This document shows positions 13,956 through 23,183 of a stretch of DNA of 64,000 nucleotides, one piece after another. Each line of letters starts with the position of its first letter. The stretch's first letter is position 1. The notes under the pieces were generated by a model. It did not search any database. It was given only the letters and a program-made list of their open reading frames with translations, and was not told the origin of the DNA. The translations under genes were made by a program, and so were the position numbers. The stretch covers positions 13,082,001 through 13,146,000 of the forward strand of contig OU015567.1 of the NCBI GenBank assembly GCA_907165135.1, given 5' to 3'. Source of the stretch: Oikopleura dioica (Eukaryota > Animalia > Chordata).

Positions 13956-15667
13956 ATGCTATTTTTGACACTTTTATTTTCTGCTCGTCCGAATTTTGCA
14001 CAAGAGACATCCACTTTCTCATCCACCACGATTCCATACAACCCTTCGTCTACGGAGCTATCTTCTTTTTCAAGCTCGACAACTATACAGACAGTAACGG
14101 CCAAGACATGCGACCCGTTCGTGCTCATGTGCTCAACTCGGCACATTTCCGTCAATTTTGATCAAAACTGCTGGACACATATCCCGATAGGAAAGGAGTT
14201 TAGGTCCATAAGATGCAAAAGTCGAAAAACTCTGAGGACCCCTTGAAAAGACACACTGTACCTCACATGGCAAAAATCGGCTAATCTTAGCTCTTCATGT
14301 CAGTTCACTGACAGTGGACAAGCCGCCGGTGCCTGCGGAAAGCCAGAATTGACAACTGGAAGCAAAGACGACTCGGTTTTTCGATTCTATGTCGTCCAGA
14401 AAATCCCAGACACGACGGTCACCACGATGACCAGGGCCAGACTATTTGCATTCTTGAAAAAATTCACGAAATTGCCTGTGAATATTCTTTTACGAAAAAG
14501 AAATGCGTGCATATTCATTTTAGCCTATTCTCGTGCATATTCACGAAATTTTGAGCGGACGGGGACGGGGCTTCAGTTTGGGTGGCGCCCGCGAGATGTG
14601 AGCCTGAGGGCCCGATTTAATTCGGCCGCCGGCTCGGAGCTTAACCAATCAGGGCGCGCAGCATTCGCGAATATTTGAGATATTCACGAATTTTTCAAAA
14701 ATTCACGGAAGATATTCTTTTCCATTCATTTGAATATTTTCGCGTCGTGAATATTCATACAGCAATAAATAGTGAATCTTCGGCAAGAAGAATAACTTTG
14801 AGAATGCAAATAGTCTGGCCCTGACGATGACTCCGGTAGAGCTTGTATGCAAGTTCGACAGCCCAAGTTTATCAGGGAGGGTTTTCGAATTATGACTTCT
14901 GAAAATATTGTCATGTGGAATAGCGCTAACCTAAATAAGCAAATTTGACGGTTTCTTCAACAACTGATGCTCCTTTGATTCAAATAGTTTCTGCGCAGGA
15001 TGTCATAAAAGATTATAACATCGAGCTGGTCACAAGAACCGATTCAACTCCTGTTTTCACTGGCGATATGATCACTGTTGATATGAAATACACGGCGATA
15101 TCAAGCTCTACTGGGTAACCCTCATGTTTTCAAACAATCAACCTAATTCAATAAAACCAAATTGGATAAACTATTTTAACCAAGAACCAAGAGTTTTAAA
15201 CTTTCTGTCTTAGCTTTCGGTTTTCTTCGTGCGAAGCTTCAATTGGGCCCGTTACAATTCCTCTTCTTGAGAATGGATGTCCGAATGCTTGGAGTATCAA
15301 AAATATTGGACTTGTTCAGTATAAAAAGGAAAAGGTCAGATTTTTAGACTAGTCTCAAATTCTGAACAGTAAAATTGAACCTTGAAATGAGCTTCACGAA
15401 ATATCCTTCATCGCGTTTTTCTTAGAAGGATATTCTAACCTTTCGGTAACATGTTCTGTGATCATGGTGGATGCCACCGACGCAAATGTCCTCTCATACC
15501 TGGATACATGTACGAATAACACTCGTAGCGTGGAAACCGTGAGTGATGTTTACCAGCGAAAATTTACGATTCAATCCAACCTGGAGCTTGAGAATTCGAT
15601 GAACTCGTCTAGACAAAGTCTAATCTTTGCTGTTTTCCCTGCAATCATTTTTATCAATTTTCTTTGA
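13956..15667 (+). CDS. Secreted or membrane-anchored ZP-domain-like protein with a Ser/Thr-rich N-terminus
   Basis: Signal peptide, Ser/Thr-rich stretch, ZP-C-like SSCEASIGPVTIPLLENGCP and LSVTCSV, hydrophobic C-terminus. Confidence 0.65.
14454..14790. repeat. Intronic cluster of ATATTCACGAA/TCGTGAATAT-like motifs around a GC-rich core
   Basis: Several exact or near copies in both orientations; the core has GGGGACGGGG and CCAATC. Confidence 0.55.
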
Positions 15668-15719
15668 TTATGAAAACAATTTATTTCAAATAAAACAGTA
15701 CATGTAGAACATGATGTAA

Positions 15720-16146
15720 TTAATTATGTAGTAAATTTCCCGTACGCACATCAAATACATCAGTAATATAAACAACTCTATTTCCGTCGGAATCATATTC
15801 ACCCTCCAATTCGTCCCCTGACTCTGAAGAGGAAATATCTTCCTCTTTGATGGTGATTTCACATGTTTCGATTGGTTCTTGTATGCTCATCTGTGAAAAA
15901 GAAGCGTAGTTCCCTATCATAAAGAGCCTAAAATCATAAAAAGTTTCAGACATCATGCAAGATGCTTTACCTTTTGACAAAATGCTGCAAGTTTGTGAAT
16001 TTTGCACCTGTGTCTTGGCAAATTTTATTCAATTGATGAATTGACGGAGGGTTTGTGCTCGAGAAATTTTTCTTGATTATCTTTTTCGCGGTTTCAGGAA
16101 CTAAAGGGTCGACACAAACCTCTTTTCCGGCCCACATTTTGTACAT
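15720..16146 (-). CDS. Divergent homeodomain-like protein with acidic tail, copy 1 (2 exons)
   Basis: MWAGKEVCVDPLVPETAKKIIKKNFSSTNPPSIHQLNKICQDTGAKFTNLQHFVKR|LFMIGNYAS...EGEYDSDG. Paralogous to copies 2 and 3. Confidence 0.7.
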
Positions 16147-16181
16147 CTATAAACATATTTCATTCTTTTGTCAATATGTCA

Positions 16182-17378
16182 TTATGAAACCGTTGATGTT
16201 GATGAGCTGTTGTGTGTAAAGAAATCATCTTGCGTGTTTGACTCATCTTCACTCGAGGAGAGTTCTGCTACGTTAATCGGTTCAAACTCGTCTCTCTTTA
16301 GCATTATTCTGGGATTATTTTTCTTCTTAGTGTCACTGGAGAATTGGTCGGTTAGAGCACCAGTAGACTTTACCAACTCTTTTTTTCTTTGAGGCCCCTC
16401 CTCTTTTTGAGCTTGGAAATCTTCAGCAACTTTTTTGGCCGAAACAATCTGTCCATGTTTTCCGTCAATTGTTTCAAAGCCTTCTTCTTTGATATCGTAA
16501 GTGACCGTGATCGACGAAGAGGCATGTTTTTTTCTGATCACTGGTCCTCGATCCATGTCTACATTTAACGGTATGGAGAAGCTCTTCTTCCATCTTGTTT
16601 CACTGCGAAACTTGAAGCCATTCTCAGATATGCCACTTTTGACTGACAGCCCGTCGACAGTAAATTGGCGCGATAGTGCCTTGACAGTCACATTGATATT
16701 CCCCGGAAGCGTCGGAAACTCATCCAAATTTACTTCGCATATCCATTTCTTCGGTTGCTTTTTCTGTTCGTCCCATTCTTTCAGTAGTTTCTTAGCAGTC
16801 GCAGGCAGTTCTTTTTCCTTTTTCTGCAGGTCTCTTTCCATAGCTCGAAGGTGTGATGCTTGCTTCATTCGTTGCCTTTTCTGATCATTTATCAAAACAT
16901 CATTGTAGTCTTTATCCGACAACGTAGCACGGAGATTTTTGAATTTCTCCAGTTCGGCTTCGGTGAGAAACTTTTTGTAACCAAGTCCAAGAGCTGCGTA
17001 TTCTTTGATCAGCTTCTTTTTCGCGTAAAGACATCTAGCGTTAGATGGAGATGTACCAAACTCCTCAGCTGCTTTTTTCCAGCTTCCGGGTTTCTTAGTT
17101 GCGAGTTGCTGTTCTCGTTGTAGGACAAAAGCAAGCTGCTCAGTCACTGTAAAAGCAGGTACCCCGGTGACTCTTTTTTTGGTTGAACTTTATGGTCGTG
17201 CGTTTATCATATCATCCTCCCGAAAAAGCCAACCATTCCTTTTCTTTCTTTTCTTGACTTCGTTGACCTTAATAATTTCAGAGGAAGGCAGCGCGGTCTC
17301 AATAATTTCTTCATCAGCCTGCTCTACATGCTCAAATGGAACTTCCATACTTTCAATTGCTTCTTGCCCTGTGCTCAT
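16182..17378 (-). CDS. HTH + alpha-crystallin(HSP20)-like protein, copy 1; in-frame TAA at 17190-17192 (unseen intron or pseudogenising allele)
   Basis: FTVTEQLAFVL...WKKAAEEFGTSPSNARCLYAKK (HTH-like). PGNINVTV..FTVDG..SENGFKFRSETRWKKSFSIPLNVD (ACD-like). Confidence 0.65.
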
Positions 17379-17657
17379 TTTTCTCTTAAAAATTTTAGAA
17401 CGATATCAAACACTCAAAGTTTGAAAAGGACGGTACGTGCGTGGGCGAGTCGGTGAATCAATACGCGGGCAAAAATGGCCCCTCTGCCTCAAACATGGAA
17501 TTTTATTTTGGTCCCGCCTCCGCTCCACTAGCAACGTCTTCCTTGACTCTTTTTGCCATCTTTTCGTTCCGAATTTTATTACAGTGATATTAAATAATAC
17601 GAGTGCAGGTCCTACTGAGCGAAAGTATCTATCGATATTTGTAAACGGAAAAGCTCC

Positions 17658-18153
17658 TCAGGCAAAGAAGGATTTTCCGGTAGATGTATCAAAAATATCA
17701 GTTATATGAAAAACTTGATCGCCATCTGAGTTGTATTCGCCTTCTTCATCTGTCTCCTCTTCAGATTCAGAAGAATCTCCTTCGTCCTTCGTCGCTTCTC
17801 CTTCGTCAGACGTTTCTTTGGTGACTTGATCCTCTTCAATAATTTCCGTCGATTTTTGTTGAGGAGGATTTGGATCATCATTTGACAGTCGTCCTCTTGG
17901 CAAAGGGGACCGAGCGTAATTGCCTATCGTAAAATACCTAGAATATAATGAAAACTCAATAAAAAGGAATTGAAATACGGGATTACCTCTTCATGAAATG
18001 ATTCAACTCTGCGAACTTCGCGCCAGTTTTTAGACAAATAAGTTTCAGTTCCGTCTCTGATGGTGGCTTCTTCTTGGAGAATTCTTCCCTGATAATTTTC
18101 TTTGCACTTTCGGGAACATCTGGATCAATACAATATTCTTTTCGAGATACCAT
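17658..18153 (-). CDS. Divergent homeodomain-like protein, copy 2 (2 exons)
   Basis: MVSRKEYCIDPDVPESAKKIIREEFSKKKPPSETELKLICLKTGAKFAELNHFMKR|YFTIGNYAR...EGEYNSDG. ATG lies 29 nt after the upstream stop. Confidence 0.7.
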
Positions 18154-18182
18154 TTTGTAAACCTTCAATATATTTTTTGAGT

Positions 18183-19240
18183 TTATGATCTTATTCTTGA
18201 CAATCTTACCGTTTTTGATGAGCTGTTTTGAATGAAAAAGCCTTCTTTCTTGTCTTCGACCTTTGATTCATCTTCGCTGGACGAAAGCTCCGGTACGGTT
18301 ATCGTAGGGAAAGTTTCTTTTGTTATTCTGTCGCTTGTCTTTCGAGATTTTTTCTTAGATCTCAATTTCATTCCTTCTCCAGAGCTGTGGGAGTCTTTTT
18401 CCATGTTTTCTTGCTCCTCCGTGACTTCAACTAGAGTTATCACTTCTTCATCGTCCTCATCATCATCATCATCATCTTTTTTGAGATCGAATGTAACGAT
18501 GAGAGTAGTAGCGTCCCCGTCCTTCTTTCTGATTCTCGGACCTCGCTCCGTGTCAACGTTTTCAGGTATGTCGAAGCTCTTTCGCCATCGTGTCTCACCT
18601 CGAAATTTGAAGCCACTTTCAGTCATGCCTTGCTTCATTGAGAGCCCATCGACAGTAAATTTACGAGATTCTGGTCTTACGGTGACATCGATATTGCCAG
18701 GTATAGTAGGGAATTCGACCAGACTAATTTCGCACCTCCATACTTGTTTTCTTCGATTCTCTATATCCTCGTCTTTTTCAAGTTTTTTCATTTCGCAAAC
18801 GCTGAGCATCTCCTTCTGCTCGTCGGACAAATCTTCGCCTTTTTCGTTCAGTTGTCTTTTCAAATACTTTAATCTGTTGAAAGTCTTAATTCGTTGTATT
18901 TTCTTCACTTTCATCACTTCTTCCTTGTAGGCTTTGTCCGACAAAGTCGAACGAAGATGCCTGAACTTGTCGGCTTCCTTTTTCGTCGTTTTCTGCCTGA
19001 AAGTAAGTCCAAGATCAACGTATTCTCTGATAAGATCCCTCCTGTCATAAATCAATCTAGCGTTTGTAGTAGACATTCCAAATTGTGGATTTTGGAGTAA
19101 AAAATCCTCTGCAGATTTTCTCCAGCTAGGAACATATAATCTTGTAAGTTCGTCTTCTCGTTTCACGATGTAAGTCAGTTGCTCAGCTACTGTCATTGTT
19201 TGTTTTCCTGGTTTTCTTCCTCTGCGATGGATGTTTTTTG
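18183..19240 (-). CDS. HTH + alpha-crystallin-like protein, copy 2; 5' end uncertain
   Basis: 337-aa ORF. The in-frame upstream sequence adds an AT-hook-like RRGRKPGK. Confidence 0.7.
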
Positions 19241-19851
19241 ATAAATTGAAAAACTAAATGAAAGGGAATAAATATATTCTAAACAAACACAAGCAGAAAA
19301 ACGCCCTATCCTTTTTAACATCTTGACTTCATTGAAGCCTGATTGTGTTGGAGTCGCTGCTGGATCTGCGCACTGAACGAGGCCAGATGCTGTGTTCCAC
19401 ATTCTGCCCATCTCTGCAGGACCTTCCGAACGATTCTTTGCTCTCAAAAGAATACGGCGGATTTTTTTTTAATTGAGTAATTCTCTGACGATTTGATTGG
19501 TAGTAAAATAAATACATTCTGAAAGCTTTGAAATTGATAATGCGTAGGCAAGGCGATGAGTCAAACTGCGTGCGCATTTTAGGAGTCCTCTCCGGTTGTC
19601 ATACTATAACTCCCTGACACTCTGGAGCTCATTTTTACGTCTGCGCAATAATTGACATCAACGATTAAACAAGTAACACTTCGTTCTGTAGGGCAGATTT
19701 ATATCTGTGATATCATGGGCAACACTATTCTTTTTCTCAGAAACACTGAACACTTTCCGCATTTAAACATTAACTCACAAGTAAAGAATAAAACTTTTGA
19801 ATACTCATTAACCAATCTTGCTATACAATGTGAATTGAAGCAGCCTCCATC

Positions 19852-19970
19852 GCTTAGCGTCATACCGCGTAGAATAAACCAGTTCTCGTCCGATCACTGA
19901 AGTCATACTACGACGGGCGGGGTTAGTACTTACATGGGTGACCGGTTGGGAATACCTCGTGCGCTAAGCA
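19852..19970 (+). rRNA. 5S rRNA
   Basis: 119 nt with self-complementary ends GCTTAGCG/CGCTAAGC. Conserved CTCGTCCGATC, GGTTAGTACTT..ATGGG and GGGAATACC. Pol III T4 terminator at 19971-19974. Confidence 0.95.
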
Positions 19971-20177
19971 TTTTGCCATTTTACGGAAAAGGGTGATCCT
20001 TTTCTTCGATACCGACACTTTCGCATAATATTTTCTCAATTTGAGAGTGGACCTTGCCTGGCGGGCGGCGTGGCACTTGAGAAAAAGCGCCCTCTACCGC
20101 GTGCTTATCCGAAAAGAGGCCGAAAATAGGAGCGTGCAGCGACAAAACGACCTCGAAATCAGGCACCCCATCTCTTC

Positions 20178-20270
20178 ACTCATCCCATTTTTGAGTCCGA
20201 TTTCGATTGTCTAACAGGTAAGAATCGTCTCCATGCCTACTCTCTCCTATCCCTCTCGCCTCCTACAAAT
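20178..20270 (+). ncRNA. Spliced-leader RNA (exon 20178-20217)
   Basis: ACTCATCCCATTTTTGAGTCCGATTTCGATTGTCTAACAG|GTAAG matches the 40-nt O. dioica SL as I recall it. The 3' end is inferred from where the two copies stop matching. Confidence 0.93.
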
Positions 20271-20349
20271 ATAAACTCTATGGAAAGAAAAACGGGACTT
20301 CTCCCCACAACATTTGAGTTCATTACGGGAAACTCTTCTGAGCTTCAAT

Positions 20350-20938
20350 GACGCGCTTTTTAAGGTTGGGCAAGTTATTTCACCCACTTCTTTATTTTAG
20401 ACCCTGGAACACCATACATATTTGGAATCAGCAGGAAATTTTAAGAACTTTGACCGTTTTAGTTTCCAAAATTTCCACTTCCGGTCCGATTCTAGAGCCG
20501 GAAGTTGACGAAATTTTTGAGTTTGGCCAACTTGTGACCTATCAAATTGATCCTCAGAAAATTTTGAGTAAGGTCATCTTAAAATCATCCAAAAAAACCG
20601 TCCCAACCGCAGTCAAACCGACCGGCAAAACTAGGAAAAAAGGCATAAATTTTCGATTTTTCTTTCAGTTTTTGCGGTTGATTTGACCGCGGTCGGCATT
20701 GATTCTTCTTCCAGATGATAGGAAATTTTCTGAGAATCAATTTGATAGGTCACAAGTTACCCAAACTCAAAAATTTCGTCAACTTCCGGCTCTAGAATCG
20801 GACCGGAAGTGGAAATTTTGGAAACTAAAACGGTCAAAGTTCTTAAAATTTCCTGCTGATTCCAAATATGTATGATGTTCCAGGGTCTAAAATAAAGAAG
20901 TGGGTGAAATAACTTGCCCAACCTTAAAAAAGCGCGTC
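20350..20938. mobile_element. Foldback MITE, ~210-bp TIRs, 3-bp TSD AAT
   Basis: Termini GACGCGCTTTTTAAGG...CCTTAAAAAAGCGCGTC, flanked by AAT on both sides. No coding capacity. Confidence 0.9.
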
Positions 20939-20973
20939 AATTTAATAGGTCACACTTCACCCTTTCACGTGAA

Positions 20974-21138
20974 TTTTGTCAACTTCCGGCTCTAGAATCG
21001 ACCGGAAGTGGAGTTTTCTAGGATTTTCAAGGGTCAAAATTCTTGAAATTTCCTGCTGATTCAGAAAAGGTATGGTGTTCCAGGGTCGGTATGGCGGAAG
21101 TGTGCTAGAAAACTTCCACAACCTTAAAAAAGCGCGTC
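20974..21138. mobile_element. Truncated, diverged copy of the same MITE (one arm)
   Basis: CAACTTCCGGCTCTAGAATCGACCGGAAGTGG...ACCTTAAAAAAGCGCGTC. Confidence 0.85.
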
Positions 21139-21374
21139 CAATCAGTAAAAAACCTTCATTTAGAAAATCAATATTGATATGTTCACCAAGCTCGTGCCTT
21201 CCACACCCTAGTTCTACACTTAGATGCAGTAGAACGTCTAAACACACTGAAGGTGGGCAACTTTTGCCATTCATAAGGTCACATGTGACCTGCATGTGCA
21301 GTTGATCTTCTAATAGAACGCCCTTGTTATTAGTGAATTTCCAAGGAGAAATCTCGAAGGAGGAGGAAAGGTTT

Positions 21375-21966
21375 GACGCGCTTTTTTAAGGTTGGGCAAG
21401 TTATTTCACCCACTTTTTGATTTTAAACCCTGGAACACCATACATATTTGGAATCAGCAGGAAATTTTAAGAACTTTGACCGTTTTAGTTTCCAAAATTT
21501 CCACTTCCGGTCCGATTCTAGAGCCGGAAGTTGACAAAATTTTTGAGTTTGGCCAACTTGTGACCTATCAAATTGATTCTCAGAAGATTTCCTATCATCT
21601 GAGAGAAGAATCAATGCCGACCGCGGTCAAATCAACCGCTAAAAACTGAAAGAAAAATCAGAAATTTATGCCTTTTTTCCTAGTTTTGCCGGTCGGTTTG
21701 ACTGCGGTTGGGACGGTTTTTTTGAATGATTTTAAGATGAGTTTACTCAAAATTTTCTGAGCATCAATTTGATAGGTCATAAGTTGGCCAAACTCAAAAA
21801 TTTTGTCAACTTCCGGCTCTAGAATCGGACCGGAAGTGGAAATTTTGGAAACTAAAACGGTCAAAGTTCTTAAAATTTCCTGCTGATTCCAAATATGTAT
21901 GGTGTTCCAGGGTTTAAGATCAAGAAGTGGGTGAAATAACTTGCCCAACCTTAAAAAAAGCGCGTC
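21375..21966. mobile_element. Foldback MITE, second full copy in opposite orientation, TSD TTT
   Basis: Same termini; the centre is the reverse complement of the copy at 20350; flanked TTT/TTT. Confidence 0.9.
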
Positions 21967-21994
21967 TTTCCGTATTCTTTCAGATGTCTTCATT

Positions 21995-22087
21995 ATTTGT
22001 GAGAGGCGAGAGGGATAGGAGAGGGTGGGCATGGAGGCGATTCTTACCTGTTAGACAATCGAAATCGGACTCAAAAATGGGATGAGT
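21995..22087 (-). ncRNA. Spliced-leader RNA (exon 22048-22087)
   Basis: Identical 40-nt exon plus GTAAG donor on the minus strand. Confidence 0.93.
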
Positions 22088-22351
22088 GACGAGAGAAGGT
22101 GCTTGATGTCGAGGTCGTTTTGTCGCTGCACGCTCCTATTTTCGGCCTCTTTTCGGATAAGCACGCGGTAGAGGGCGCTTTTTCTCAAGTGCCACGCCGC
22201 CCGCCAGGCAAGGTCCACTCTCAAATTGAGAGTCTCAATGCATTCCTGACCCGAAAAGAAGCACCTTTTCTTATTGTTCGATTCATCAAAATGTTATGCG
22301 AAAGTGTCGGTATAGAAGAAAAGGATGACCCTTTTCCGTAAAATGGCAAAA

Positions 22352-22470
22352 TGCTTAGCGCACGAGGTATTCCCAACCGGTCACCCATGTAAGTACTAAC
22401 CCCGCCCGTCGTAGTATGACTTCAGTGATCGGACGAGAACTGGTTTATTCTACGCGGTATGACGCTAAGC
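22352..22470 (-). rRNA. 5S rRNA
   Basis: Reverse-complement copy of 19852-19970 with T4 terminator at 22348-22351. Confidence 0.95.
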
Positions 22471-22653
22471 GATGGAGGCTGCTTCAATTCACATTATATA
22501 TCAAGATTGGTTAATGAGTATTCAAAAGTTTTATTCTTTATTTGTGAGCTAATGTTTAAATGCAGAAAGAGTTCAGTGTTTCTGAGAAAAAGAATAGTGT
22601 TGCCCATGATATCACAGTTAAAAATCTGCCCTACAGAACGAAGAGTTACTTGT

Positions 22654-23117
22654 TTAATCGTTGATGTCAATTATCTCAGTTTTACATATATTATTTTCTT
22701 CATCAGTGCATTCCATCTCCGTGTCCATAATTTCCTCAATTTGTAAGAGTTGTCTACAGTCTTCATAATCGTCAGCTTCAATTTTTGTGACGACAAACTC
22801 GACTTCTTCATTTGTCATCGTCGACATTGGAAGACCTTGGCTGAGGGTCCTCAACTCAGAGCGGTCCTTTCCTTCCATCCTTTCTTTTTTTCTTTGAATC
22901 GCAGAGCCGTAATTCCCAATAACGAAGAGTCTTACAAATAATAAGAAAACGGGGCACTAATGAGGAAATACCTTTTCATGAAATGCTCGAGGTGAGAATA
23001 CTTTGCTCCTGTGTCTTCACAAATAATTTTCAATTGAGTTTTTGTTGGACGATTAGAGCTGGAGAAATTTGTCTGGAGAATTCTTTTAGCTCTTTCAGGA
23101 ATGTCAGCATCGGCCAT
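22654..23117 (-). CDS. Divergent homeodomain-like protein, copy 3 (2 exons); stop lies inside the inverted-repeat boundary
   Basis: MADADIPERAKRILQTNFSSSNRPTKTQLKIICEDTGAKYSHLEHFMKR|LFVIGNYGS... Confidence 0.65.
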
Positions 23118-23183
23118 TACCTCTCTTCCATTGTGTATTTTGTAATGCTATAAAACAGTCATTTTGTTGCGAGGGAAAACTGA

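Larger units (their letters stand above)
19648..22674. repeat. ~3 kb inverted arrangement of two 5S-SL units
   Basis: The left arm from ATAATTGACATCAACG (19648) is the reverse complement of the right arm ending at 22674, roughly 90-95% identical by eye through the upstream region, 5S, spacer and SL. Confidence 0.95.

Noticed and set aside
20348-22032. Repeated ORFs (KPWNTIHIWNQQEIL...) as a protein family or transposase
   Set aside because: They are chance frames of the non-coding MITE arms, with no catalytic motifs, and they appear on both strands.
19648-22674. CRISPR or prokaryotic repeat system
   Set aside because: There is no repeat-spacer periodicity and no cas genes; the context is spliceosomal and eukaryotic.
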